From NCBI GenBank assembly GCA_965287045.1, contig OZ336903.1, positions 1,116,001 to 1,180,000 on the forward strand: a stretch of DNA of 64,000 nucleotides. Direction: 5' to 3'. The translations under genes were made by a program, and so were the position numbers. Position 1 is the first letter of the stretch, and each line of letters begins with the position of its first letter. This stretch comes from Carcharhinus amblyrhynchos. Its lineage: Eukaryota. Under the pieces are notes generated by a model. It searched no databases, was not told the origin of the DNA, and saw only the letters and a program-made list of their open reading frames with translations. Below, piece after piece: positions 25,001 to 36,999 of this stretch.

Positions 25001-28000
25001 AACTCTTCAGTGAATTAAATCAATCAACGCTGGTTCTGATCCTGGTGTGTGGTGGCCGGGGTAACTATGGTGAAGCGGTGGGCAGTGGTGGAGTGTATTA
25101 GTGCCGTTTAACATGACCATGATATATTGAAGCTAATTTATATTGATGGAAGAGCAGCCAATGTAAATAAAATAGTTTCCTTATTAGTCACAAGTAAGAG
25201 CTACATCAACACAGCGATGGAAATACTGTGATATTTCTTAAATTGCCAGTGTTAGTGATGCTGTTGGTCAGCAAGGGGATTGGGGAGGCAGTGGGGTATG
25301 AGTGCGGGTTTGCGCGTGCGCTGGTCGCTGCTGGTGATTTGGAATGTGCGCGGTTCATTTAGAAACATTTTGATTGCAATCATGTGTTTCGGAGCCGCGG
25401 CCATCAGGAGAGTTTTGAAATCTGCATTTTTTTGAAAAAAAAAACAAGGAAGTGATGAACAGGTTAGCAGCAATTTTGCAGGAAAGGTCACTGTCTGAAA
25501 GGTCAAGTCGCTGCCAGACTATTTGCAGTATTTCTTATTTGTTCCGATATAAATGGGCGAGCTAGCGAGATACCTGATGAAATGTGCATGGCAAAATGAC
25601 GTGGTAGAGAAAAAAAAAAGATGTTTGCTGAAACCATTCTGTGTGGAACAACTAATTACCACAGTGGCACAATTTCTGGTAAAGCAAAGCATGTAGCATT
25701 GAACAGGTCAGTTCCAATCCGAAATCCATGGGACTGTTTATTGTCGGAAATACGAATATCTAGAAGATCTGTAGTCTCTAAAATTGTAATTTTACGTTAA
25801 GAGTATTTTTTTTCTTGAGCGGAGATTAATCTCTCTGTGAAAAGCAGTTAAATACAGGCTTTAATTTACTTCACATGATGCAATAGTTTGAATTTAACAA
25901 TGAGATGAGTATGCATTGGAAGTATAACATGACGCTCCCATTTTGTTTCTATTAGAACACATGCAGTTAAGGCTGTCTGGCAGTGGAAGCCGATGTGCGG
26001 GCCGTTTGGAAATTTATCACAACAGGACCTGGGGCTCAGTTTGTGATGATTCCTGGGATCTGACAGACGCTGACGTGGTTTGCAAAGAACTGGGTTGTGG
26101 ACATGCAATGCGGCTTCCTCTTCCTGCTTTGGCTGGACCTGACACACAGCCAATTTGGTTGAATGAGCTGAAATGCTCCGGGAATGAATCATTTCTCTGG
26201 GAATGTCCCCATGCATTGTGGGGTAACCACGACTGTAATCATAAAGAAGATGTAAAGATCATGTGTTCTGGTAAATGTCCCACTTTCTGCACTTAATAAC
26301 CGAAGCTTCATACTAAAGATGTGATCGGCGCAACTTGTGGGCCGAAGGGCCTGTTTGAGCTGTAGTGTTCTATGTTCTCTGTCTATGATAAGATGTGTTC
26401 CTAAATTACGATTAAAAAAAAAACTTTGGAAGGCTATTTGGCACAAAGCCTCACTTTCTTATTCTGGACATAACTGTCACTGAAGTCTTTGTTCCGTCCA
26501 TTTCATCGCGTTCCCTTCTGTTTCCTTATCCCTCATTTACTTCCCATCGTCCACGTGCGGAAATCAGTTAGGTAGTGAATCCCAGAAAACGGAGTTTGTG
26601 GACTGTCTAAGAAATGGTTTTCTGGTCCAGCTTGTGACAGAGCGAGGAAGGAGGTAATTTTGGATTTGGTGATGTGCAATGAGACAGATTTGATTAGGGA
26701 ACTGAAGGTGAAGGAACCCTTCGGGATCAGTGAGAACAACATGACAGAATTTACCTTGCAGTTTGAGAGGGAGAAGCTGGAATCTGATGTAACGCTATTA
26801 CAATTAATTTAAGGTAACTACAAAGACATGAGGGAGAATTTGGACAGAGTTGATTGGGTCTATCACCCAAAGGTTCCCATTGAAATTCAATGTTGCTTGT
26901 TCTTGATTATATCATTCGATTTCAGATGTTTACTGAAAATATCATCTGGGTGTATATCATTTGTTTGACAGAGCACAAAGAGGTGCATTTGGTGAACGGA
27001 AAGCATCGCTGTGAGGGCAGAGTGGAAGTGTTCTACAATGAGACATGGGGAACAGTGTGCTCCGAAAACCTGGGTGGAAAAGATGCAGCTGTAATCTGTG
27101 AACAGGCTAATTGTGGCCCAAGCATTTCCATTGACTACGGCTCTCGCCGATTCGGAGTGGGATCCGGGCCTATTTGGCTGGATGATATCGAGTGTCTTTC
27201 ACAGGATTTGACCCTTCGCCAGTGCCAGCCAGATCCGTGGGGTGAACACTGCTGTACTCATTGGGACGATGCAGGTGTCGTTTGTTCAGGTAACACAATC
27301 AATCATTTTGCTTACAGGTGTGATTTGAAATAGTGATGTAGCTCATGGAGTCAACATGTTTGTCTTATCAACAGAGCGAGGGACACCGAAGCAAGAGCAG
27401 GAAACTGTGAACAGCTGCAAGAGAGGATCAGGTGTTTTGCTAACTTTAATAAACCAGCTATCTGATTGTATTCCTCTCTTGTGCTACATCAAGGTTAATA
27501 AGTTATTTATTATCTTTAACAAATTCAGGACAAAGTTTGCGCTTGGCTGAAGGTAACAACAGCTGCTCCGGGAGAGTGGAGATATGGTGTAATAGAGCCT
27601 GGGGCACGGTGTGTGATGATTCCTGGGATATGAACGATGCCAGTGTTGTCTGCAGACAGCTGGGCTGTGGCTCTGCTCTCGAGGCCACAGGAGGGGCCGC
27701 GTTTGGGCAGGGTACCGGTACTATCTGGCTGGATGAGGTGAAGTGCACCGGAAGTGAATCCTTTCTGTTTGACTGTCCTTCATCATTAGCTCAGTCTGAC
27801 TGTGATCACAAGGAAGATGCCAGTGTGATTTGTTCCGGTAAGTGTCCCATTGAGCGGTGTGGTTGGGACTGTGTGACGTTGTTCGCCCATTTTGGCTGAA
27901 GTTCATTAATGTTTTCTGATGTCTTTCTGACCAACAATGCAAATAATTGTTTCCCTTTTACCATATCTTCATCAGGTCCGGAATTATCTCCGACTGTTCC

Positions 28001-31000
28001 GCCCACACCTTCAGGTATGTCTCAGGAAAAAATATCAATCACTATTACGGCTCATTTCACATTAGGATTAATAGTTGCCACACATTTGTATTGCCTTAAT
28101 TTTGACAATTTCTACCTACAGTTTGAGTGTTCAATAATCATGTATTTTAAACATTGTGGACACTTTATCTCACAAACTTCCTTGAATCTTTCATCAAGGA
28201 TATGAAGATGAAAGCACCTCCATCCCTCTGGTGATCTGCATATCACTCGGTGTCCTGTTGATCTGTGAGTTAATCGCCCTTTTGGCAGTAATGCAGAGAA
28301 GATCATCAATAAAAGGTAAGGCCCGAATCATATCCCTGAACCCACGCTGAGTCATGGATGTTGCTTCATACATCAGAGGGGCTTCTCTGCCGATTTACAT
28401 AGAATGACTTGAATGCATTTCAAAAAGAAATTAACTGAGTATTGACCAGTAATGTGTTCCAAGCCAGATGAGAAACACTAAAATATTACACATAAATGGG
28501 GGAGTTATCTATAATCATATTCCTGCTTCATCCACCAGTATATAAGGTACGAAATGGGATTTATTATTGATGCAACAGATTAAGAAGTTAAATTCATCAA
28601 ATTGAACTCTGATGATCTGCATTCTCTCGTGTCAAAGGAGATGACAACAGAGATAGTGTGTGCATTAGTTATGTTATTGCAATTCTTCCCCGATTCAAGA
28701 AAGATACCAAGAGACTGGAAACACATTAATATGATTCAAAACCTTATTCAAAACAAATTCAAAAAGTGGCGAACTATAGACCACTTACTTTGACCTCAGT
28801 GGTGGGAAGTTGCTGGAGTCAGTCATTACGCAGGGAATAACTAATAAAAGGAAAACAAAGCGAAATTCACCAGGATCAGCACGATTTTAATGAACGACAA
28901 GTTGCGTTTGACAAACTTGCTCGATTTTCTGAGGATTTAGCAGACAGGTGGACAATGGGGATCACGTGGAATTGCGTATGGGGATTCGGGAAAATATTAG
29001 ACAAGAATTTTAAATCCCAGGTGCTCGGCACAGAATATTTGCTTGGATGGAGGGTTGGTTGAGAGAGACAAAGCATAGGGTGGGGAGAGAGTGAAATGTA
29101 ATACAAGTGATGACGCAAGGTTCAGTTCTCTATTATTTACAACCGACATAAAGACATGTGATTTGGGCCAGAGTGCAACATTGCAAGATTCGCGGACGAT
29201 CTGAAGATGACTGGGAAAGCAGGCACCCATGAGTTAATAGGGTTTACAGATAAATGTTGACAGGCTTGGGGAATGGGCCAGAATGTGGCAAATGGAGCTT
29301 AATGTGGATACCTGCGTGGCCATCCATTTTCTCCAGAAAAAATAAAGTTAAATTATTATTTTTATGGGAAGCATTTTCAAAGTGTGTCAGTACAGAGGGA
29401 TCTGGGTATCAGTGTGCATGAATGACAGAACATAAATGTGCAAGTGCAATGTTTAATAAGGAAGGCAGATTGAATCTTGGCATTTATTGCAAAAGGTCAG
29501 GATTTCAAATAATACGAAATGTTGTTAACACTGGATAAGGCCTTGGTGAGACCACACCTGGAATATTGTGTCCAGATTTATTCTCTATACCTGATGAAGG
29601 ATGTGCTGACACTGGAGACAGTTCAGAGGTTGTTCATCATATTGATTCCAGGGAAGAAAGGTCTACCATACGAGGACCATTTGAATAGCCTCGGCTTCGA
29701 CTCACTGGAGCTTAAAAGAATTGAGGGTAGGGGGGATATGACTGAGGTATATTAGGTGCTAAAGGGATTGATGAGGTGGATGTTGAACAGATGTTCCCCT
29801 TTGTTGGAGAGTCTACAACAACAATTCATCAATTTAGAGTGAGAGGAAGGAGTTCCAAATCTGAGGTGAGGGACAAATTCTCTCAAAGGGTTGTGAACCT
29901 GTGGGAAGGTTGCCCAGAGTGCAGGGGAGACAGAATCAGTCAGCAGATTCAAGGAAGAAACACATATGTGTCTCAATGAAAGCTGGATAAAACTCAACTG
30001 GAGCAGGATAAGATCAGCCATGATCATATAAAACAGTGGAGCGGGTTCAAATGGCTGAATTGCCCAATCTCACTCCTAATTCCTATGTTCCCCTAATTCC
30101 TACGTTCCAAATTGTTCATTAATTATTTAGCAACTGACATTTTGTTTCCACTTACAATTGGTTGCAAGCCAACACTGAGCGATTTACCGTGTCAAGTTCC
30201 CTAACAGTACTCGACACATTTTGAGACGTAATAGTATGATTTCTCACAATTATCAATGCGAATACTGTATCCCAGCAAACCTATCTCACTAAAATAACAG
30301 GACCTATGCCGCTGGTATTGTGAAGAGCGTCCCGCTCTCTGAGTCAGATGCTCCACATTCGGTCCCAAGACTTTACACCAACAAAGTGTTACCACTTCCT
30401 GTAAAATCCTTCCAAGGCAACATTGTCAGGAGGGGAGAGCGGGAGATGTTCCTGTTCGGCCATGTTTGGTATAGAGGGGCGCCGCTCTGACGGCAGGTTC
30501 CCGACCTGCTCCATGTTAAAACATGGCCATGGAATCTGATGAATTCCTGCCTTTTGTACCATCAGTTTTGAACAGATGAACTAAAACTACAGCAAATGTC
30601 TGAACTCGCACCAAGTACTCTTGATCCATATCTTATCCGCTGACCTTCATTGGTCTCTAAATGCCTTCGTGTTCCTTGTGATGGAGGCAGTGGTTTTATC
30701 ACTGGATTGATAATGCAGAGAAACAAGATAAATTCCACGGGACCCTGGTTTGAATCTAACCTCGACATAGAGTGAGATATGAAATCAATAAAAATCATGG
30801 TCAGAAATATAGTTCCAGAATGGAACAATATGCTAATTGCCCCGATCTTCATCCAACAGAATCTGTCGCGGGTGGTTTGGATCCACCTTCCGCTTTATAC
30901 CAAGCCGTTTATGAAGAAATAGATGATATTCCTCCCGACCAGCTACACACTCAGTCCCGTGCTTCAGGTTTGTTGTTTTTTTCACAAACAAGCTACACTG

Positions 31001-34000
31001 CAAAAATGCTGCTTCATGTTTATCCGCTTTAACCATAGTCAAGAGACGCATTAACCTCACCGTCCTCATGTCGAACGGAGACAGATTATTTTTTATACCT
31101 TCAGAGGAATCGAGTGCTGATGAGATTACCAATGTTCATCATTGTTCAAAAATATGTTTGCCTTCTTTATAAAAGTAACGAGTCGAGTAACTGCTTCCAA
31201 TTTCCAGCTGCTTTGTACCTTGCACATATCAAAGTCTGATCTACTAACTAATAAGTAAAGCATTTGATTGAATGTGTAAATCAATTCAATATATTACTGC
31301 TGACCGCATACAAAGCGCCTAATTATCGGATAGATTAGTATTTAGGAAAATGCCTGGAGTATAATAGTTTATTTTTGGAATAATGTGTAGTTTTCATACC
31401 TTTTCTGGACCGAATCAAAGAAGAAACATACAACAAGAACAATGAAAAAACAAATGCAAACCATTAAGTATAAAGACCCATCGCCAATGTAAACAAGGGG
31501 AAAAAAAACAATGGGGGAAATGTGTTAGTTTCAGTGAAACAGTGAACTGAGCCAAGCGAGATGAGGAATTGAGTGGTGGTGGAGGTGGGGGGCGGGGGGG
31601 GAGGTGGGAGATGATATAAATACTTAAGTTGACAAACGAGGACTATTATATTCGTGAATAATGGAGTGTTAATTAAAATAGAGACATATTCAATCAAAAC
31701 AGAAATAAAATGGTCAATTCAGAATTTACTTCAGGTATTTTCGAGGGATAGTTTTTACAAACAGTCAACAATGCTGAAGTGAGAGAAATATTTATCTTTT
31801 TTTTCCAATTTATACCAAAACCAACACTTAATTTCATGACTTCACAAGATGTGAACGGGAATGGCATGAACAGGTAGAAACATAAACGAACTAAAAACAT
31901 AAAACTCATTGGAACATTTTCATCCATACATTTTCACAGAAAGCAAAATTCCAGCAAAGGCAGAATTACAGCTTTTCAACACAAAGAGTGAAATTCCAGA
32001 CTCCTGGTAAAAAGCAAATATGGATGCTTTGATTAGATATTTCAAAAGTACTTCTTTATCTGTAAAGTGTTTGAAACCGGTTGGTAATGAATAGCCTGTG
32101 CAAGTCTTTATTTCATGTGCATGGATTCATGGGGTCGGCATTAAAAAAAAATCACCCGGCTGCAATAAAACTATCAAATTGAGGTGTAAAATGTATTAAT
32201 ATAGACGGGAGAACATTAGAATTGGTGTTCCAAGGAATCAGATACTGGGACCACTTGCATATAACTTAAATAATCAAAACTTCATTTTTGAATTGATTGC
32301 ATTTTTTGTGGACAGAAAAAAAATCAATGGAATTAAAAGAAAACATAAACTTGCGACAACAGATATAGGATATGAAAATGAAACTCAGTGAAATTAATGA
32401 TAAATGAAAACTTGTTAAGTAAAACATATTTTTATGTATTACATAGAAGAACAAATTAAATGCTACAATTCATAAAAATGACAACAAAGATGAAGGTGGA
32501 CAAATAATTCGAAGCAGATGGAAAAGTTGACCAGCAGCCAAAACAAACACAAAAGTTCATTTCTAAAACAAACAAGAGGGGAGAATGCTAGAAAAACTCA
32601 ACAGATCTGGAGAGAGAGAGAGAGAGAGAGAGACGAGGCCCAACATTTGAGTGCCAATGACTGAATTTCATGCCAAACCTGAATTTGTTTGGCATTTTCT
32701 GTTTTTTGTTCCCTGATTTCCAGCGTTGACCCATTATGTTGTGCTCATAAGAAGTATAAGAATGAAGGTGCAATTCAATTGAACACTGCTTTGTTGCCAT
32801 TTTGAGTGGGTTGTAGGGTTCTGATCAACATCTTAGTAAAACGATACAGGGATCAGGAGAGGTTGGAAAACACTTTATAACGATGTCAACAGTAAGGACA
32901 GCGGAAACCTATCCGATTGGCTGAACAGAATAAAAAAGTGATCCTATTTAGCCGATTGATTCTCTTTTCTGGCGTCTCGACCGCAGCTTCTGTGATGTAT
33001 TTTCAACACGAGGGCGGCAGTGATTAGCACTGTTGAATTTTTGCTCCAGGTAACGCTGTTCGATTCCCAGCTTGGGACACTGTGTGTGGAATGTGCACGT
33101 TTTCAGCGGGTCTGCTTGGGTTCTCTCCAGGTGCTTCCAAGTCCAAAGATGTGTGTGTTAAGTGTATTGGCCAAGCTAAGTTGCCTCGCAGTGTCGGCTG
33201 GAAGGATTAGAAGTAAATATGTGGAGTTATGGGGATAAAGCCGGAGTGGGATTGTTGCCAATACGGACGCAATGGGCCGAATGGCCTCCTTCTGTACTGT
33301 AGGATTTCTATGATTCTAAGATATTTCATCATTGGAGATGATAGTGCGGCAGGGTGAAGAAATTCTGGATCTGAAAAGCTGGCCAACTGACCCAGACAAA
33401 ATAGATTTTGTCTCACATAATTTCCTGTTCTCTGATGTCTCACACATTGTCTCTCCTAAAGGAGTGGAGATTTGGGAACCAGAGTAACACCGATTGTCCA
33501 ATAAGGTGGTGCTGGTTCTTCATTTTGAACCGTTGCAGTCAGTCTGCAGACTGTTCTCCCAAATTGCTGCCAGGACCAAATTGCAAGGCATTGCCACAGA
33601 GACGATGAAGTTGTTGTGATCTCGATTCTGAGTGTGAATCACTCTCTGTCGTGATCACATCGGAATTAACAACTTGCCAACTAACCAATTATTTTGTGCT
33701 TACCAGTTTCTTCAAGCATTGACTCCTTCGATCAGGTTGAATATTACACCAGTTACAGTTTGGGAGACACGGATCCTGGATCAGAATATCCTGAAGTGGA
33801 TTCCTCCTCTATTCGGGGTAGGTCGAAGTTCACATCCTGCCATTTCCTTCTGGGCCTTTCCACTCTGTAACATCTAAAATAGCCTCTGAAATTTCTAAAC
33901 GTGTGCACGATTGCATTTACAGCAGGAAATGACAGTGCTGAGCACCTCAGGGATTGCAGAATAATTTCAGTAACATAAACTCTGAGTCTGAAAGAATTTC

Positions 34001-35997
34001 TTATCATTATTCCCAGCAATATAAGTGACCGTTTCTTCTCAAAAAAAAGTTCAGTGTATTTCCCGAGAAGCCCCTCTTGGCTGTGAAATTTGTATGGGTT
34101 AGTGCGATCGGTAACACAGTGGGAACGGTGTAAATTTCAACTAAACTTGAAAAATACTCTGATAAAACTTGGCCCAATAATTTTCCGCGCTCAAATTCAT
34201 GGACCTCCACAACACAATAGAGTTTTAATTACCGTGGAAATAAGCAATTAAGGTTAGCATTCTAACTGTCCTTTATTTCTAATTAATTTCAATTCAAACA
34301 CACATCTTTCTCAGCTCCTGCTTCGACAGACTGTGACGACGCTGAGACTGGAACCACTCACTCCCAGAGTGGGCACTTGCTGCTGAACCGGAGCCCTGAC
34401 GGTATCTTCACTTTGACAAGTTCCAGCGGTGACCTCGGCACTCTGGGTGAGATAAATCATTAATTGTTCCGCTTTGTAGAAAGTCGATTGGGATCAGTGC
34501 AAAATAATTTGATAAGAAATTGCAACAGGGGAAGGCCGTTCAGTCCCTCGAGCCTGGTTCGCCCTTCACCAGATCATGACTGATCAGACATTCATCACAT
34601 TGACTGTCTTCCCCCTTCTCCGTCGCCCTTGATTCATTTATTCATCAACAATCTGCCTATCTCAGCCTTAACTGTGCACAGGGACTCTGTCTCCACAGCT
34701 CTCTGTGCCAAGATTCACCACCCACTCAGAGGAGAAAATCCTGTAAATTTCAGTCTTATGTTGGTGCCCCTTAATACTGAGACTCCTCAGTCTGGGGCTA
34801 GAATCTTTAATGGGGACGGCATCCTCTCAGCGTTTACCCTGTCAATCCCCATTACAATCCTATGTTTCAATGAGATCACCTCTCATTCTTCTGAATACCA
34901 AATGCACGGAGCGCCAAACTATTTAGACTTTCCTCCTAAAATTATCCCCGCATGCCTGTAATCATCATTTAGATTTAAATTAACCTTTACATTAGACATT
35001 TGGATTGAAATGAACCTTTAAATTAAATTACATCATTCCATCAAGCTCAGTCCTTGTGACTCCATGTTTCAGGAAGCTCCACACAAGGTCACAGTGAAGG
35101 AGTTTTCTGTTTTTGACCCATAGCTTCTGAAGCTGCATTAATCCTGCTTTCTAATGAACTAGCTCCAGCTGAGGGGCGGTGAAAACTTGTTTTCAACCTA
35201 CCATTAAAATTCACCCAATCAGAAGTGCAATGTTTAGTTGATCACTAATTTAAGGAACACACTTGACTTCAGGTTGAAAGTTAGAATTTCATGGATATTA
35301 CCAGGAAATCCCGGTCACTTTCTGATGTCCTTCATGGAATCCCAATGCTGAGAGAACATTCTGAGTTGGTTATCACTTCCGAATATTACTGCAGCCTCCC
35401 GCCCTCTTGTGTGGAATATCATCGCTCTGGTTTGAAGTGAATTCCAGTCAATCAAATCATAATTTGGCTTTGGTTCCTGCCGCGAATTATATTTAACAAA
35501 GGAGATACCTTAAGCCTAAATTTCACGAAAAGTGTCTTTACCCCCACAGTACTCAGTAGATCCGCATTGATCCCGTCTGATGCGTTCCTGTCATGACAGC
35601 TAAGTAAAATAATGCTGTCTGTGGCATCAGCACGGCCACTTAACCGCCATTGGACAGTGACCATTCATCTCCGAAGCATACATTATCGTGTTAAACCGTA
35701 TTTTATGAGATTTTCCAATGGGAATGCCGCAGTGTAGGGATGTGACCTGTCCCACATGGTTTCTGCTTTGTGACTTCCTGCAGTATTTTCAGTGGTACAT
35801 TACATTGAGAGTATCGGAGGCAATGTGCAGTGTGTATTTGATAGAAAGAAACTGCCAGTTGAACTGGAATATAATACAAGTACTTGTGAAGTGTTGACCT
35901 GATGGTGGAAATGTTCGTCATTCTCACTCATTTTTATTTTACCGTTTCAGATCATCGGCATCATCAAAAGCGGGATGTGACGTCCTCAGGCATATGA
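13008..35997 (+). CDS. SRCR gene A: CD163/SCART/WC1-family type I membrane receptor, 7 group-B SRCR domains, 16 coding exons, 963 aa
   Basis: Exons, all phase-1 AG/GT: 13008-13053, 17917-17949, 19477-19791, 22332-22646, 23612-23926, 24239-24553, 25956-26270, 26972-27289, 27375-27431, 27529-27837, 27976-28014, 28199-28315, 30860-30967, 33707-33817, 34315-34446, 35951-35997. Sum 2892 nt, no internal stop. Exons 2-16 are mirrored in gene B. Confidence 0.9.
14069..14400 (+). mobile_element. CR1/HER1 LINE 3' fragment (intron 1 of gene A)
   Basis: ORF 14069-14311 [23 protein letters not shown]; same family as 3259-3590. Confidence 0.9.
17010..17250 (+). mobile_element. Old CR1 3' fragment shared by both arms (mirror ~61890-62130)
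   Basis: GTGCATGCCTGGAACGCGCTGCCAGAGGAGG..GGACCGAAGGG tail. Confidence 0.75.
17917..17949 (+). CDS. Gene A exon 2 (33-nt spacer exon)
   Basis: TTTCAG/GTAATC boundaries; identical copy in gene B at 61174-61206. Confidence 0.85.
18590..18972 (+). mobile_element. Two short LINE/SINE 3'-tail insertions specific to arm A (18590-18790; 18851-18972)
   Basis: CR1-type tails (GGCGGAGGGCCTGTTCCTGTGCT; GGGTCGAAGGGCCTG..TTGTTCTTT), absent at the mirror position in arm B. Confidence 0.65.
19003..19450 (-). mobile_element. Young CR1 3' fragment ending ~25 nt upstream of the SRCR1 acceptor
   Basis: ORF 19096-19425 [30 protein letters not shown]; (CATAAGAA) tail. Confidence 0.92.
19477..19791 (+). CDS. 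Gene A SRCR domain 1 (a-type, 6 Cys)
   Basis: [41 protein letters not shown]. Confidence 0.95.
19960..20152 (+). mobile_element. HE1-like SINE 3' half shared by both arms (mirror ~56577-56768)
   Basis: CTAAATTGCCC..GATGGGCCGAAAGGCCTC..GATTCTATGATT. Confidence 0.8.
22332..22646 (+). CDS. Gene A SRCR domain 2 (b-type)
   Basis: [33 protein letters not shown]. Confidence 0.95.
23612..23926 (+). CDS. Gene A SRCR domain 3 (c-type)
   Basis: [32 protein letters not shown]. Confidence 0.95.
24239..24553 (+). CDS. Gene A SRCR domain 4 (SCART n-type, 6 Cys)
   Basis: [31 protein letters not shown]. Confidence 0.95.
25956..26270 (+). CDS. Gene A SRCR domain 5 (d-type)
   Basis: [35 protein letters not shown]. 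Confidence 0.95.
26570..26860 (+). mobile_element. Degraded CR1 ORF2 (endonuclease-end) fragment
   Basis: ATTTTGGATTTGGTGATGTGCAATGAG..GAAGGAACCCTTCGGGATCAGTGA (ILDLV..SD motif region). Confidence 0.65.
26972..27289 (+). CDS. Gene A SRCR domain 6 (e-type)
   Basis: [33 protein letters not shown]. Confidence 0.95.
27375..27431 (+). CDS. Gene A interdomain exon ([19 protein letters not shown])
   Basis: 57 nt, AG/GT boundaries, mirrored at 49792-49848. Confidence 0.85.
27529..27837 (+). CDS. Gene A SRCR domain 7 (d'-type)
   Basis: [47 protein letters not shown]. Confidence 0.95.
27976..28315 (+). CDS. Gene A stalk exon (27976-28014) and transmembrane exon (28199-28315)
   Basis: [13 protein letters not shown]; [39 protein letters not shown]. 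Confidence 0.9.
28580..30110 (+). mobile_element. Degraded CR1 LINE (RT to 3' tail), arm A-specific
   Basis: [11 protein letters not shown] (29519 ORF), FSQRVVNLW (29776 ORF), 3' tail CTCCTAATTCCTATGTTC; many stops. Confidence 0.85.
30860..30967 (+). CDS. Gene A cytoplasmic exon 1 ([14 protein letters not shown])
   Basis: 108 nt, mirrored at 47838-47945. Confidence 0.88.
33010..33318 (+). mobile_element. HE1-like SINE
   Basis: tRNA head GGGCGGCAGTGATTAGCACTG..GTTCGATTCCC; tail ATGGGCCGAATGGCCTCCTTCTGTACTG. Confidence 0.8.
33707..33817 (+). CDS. Gene A cytoplasmic exon 2 ([17 protein letters not shown])
   Basis: 111 nt, mirrored at 44669-44779. Confidence 0.85.
34315..34446 (+). CDS. Gene A cytoplasmic exon 3 (TDCDDAETG..)
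   Basis: 132 nt, mirrored at 43975-44106. Confidence 0.85.
34510..34935 (-). mobile_element. CR1 3' fragment shared by both arms (mirror ~43480-43910)
   Basis: GGCCGTTCAGTCCCTCGAGCCTG tail; degraded RT C-terminus. Confidence 0.75.
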
Positions 35998-36356
35998 CTT
36001 ATTTAAAGGGGACTCCCCTTCACTTTTCCACAAATATCGCCATGTTGAATATGCTGTAACTCCAGATATAAATGTTGCTGTTGTTTAAAATTAATTGGAC
36101 ATTACTTCATGTTAAGCTTGATGAATTATGGTTTCTGTCTTTGCTTTGCATGAAAAAAAGAAACGTTCCATTCAATGAACAGTGACAAACAGCTTAGAAT
36201 GTATTTCGAGCACTGCACTGTCCGTATTAAAGCTGTTACATCGCATTGCATTGTGGAACGGAGCTACTATTATGATTCAAGATTTGATGCGAATATTTGT
36301 CAAGTGCATTTGAAAATTATTTTGTAAAAACTTTCCTTCTTATGCCATTAAATAAA
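35951..36356 (+). CDS. Gene A terminal exon ([15 protein letters not shown], stop 35997) plus 3'UTR to AATAAA 36351
   Basis: Strong acceptor. Stop and AATAAA positions are conserved in gene B and in the 7.7-kb orphan copy. An additional small exon between 34446 and 35951 cannot be excluded. Confidence 0.65.
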
Positions 36357-36999
36357 GATTAGAACAGATAAATAAATGTTTTGGTTCCGTTATCTTCATT
36401 TACTGTAATCTAGATTGTCACTGAAGTGAGGTGGAGGGTCCACAGCATTTCCCCAGCAACTAAATACAACAGGATGTTGTATCCCAGCACTACCGCGAGC
36501 ACTCGGGACCATTGAGGGCGCCGGGAGATGTGAAGACGGGAGTCAGGTTTCCAAGTTTCCTTTTCACTTTAATTCCTCAAACTTTATATCCAGTAATCCA
36601 TGAGTTTTCATTTACTCCACATCGGCCCCTACACTCTCGCCCGACAATTCTAACCATCCTTCGGTTGTTACTGTCATTAAAACAGAAATATTCATTAGCT
36701 GAGACCGTCATTTTATAAGTACATAAATACAAGAATTGTTGGTAAAACTGAACAATTTAAACACAATTTTCCAAGGGGAGATTAAGAAAGGAATGTTTAA
36801 ATGTAAACCCACCTCACTCACGCTGTTTTCTGCCTGTTAACGTGTTGTATTCTCTATGTGAGGTCCACAACTTATTTTCAATAAAGTCGTTGAAAAGTGA
36901 GTTGCAGATTCGTTGGTCTGTTGACGACCTCTAGCTGTTGGGAGAAAACATTAACTGTGTGGTATCAGGAACTATCTCCTCCTGGATCATGCCTGCCAG

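Noticed and set aside
30895-30925. ITAM in the cytoplasmic tail (YQAVYEEI)
   Set aside because: The tyrosines are only 4 residues apart, not YxxL/I-x6-8-YxxL/I, and the first Tyr is absent in gene B.
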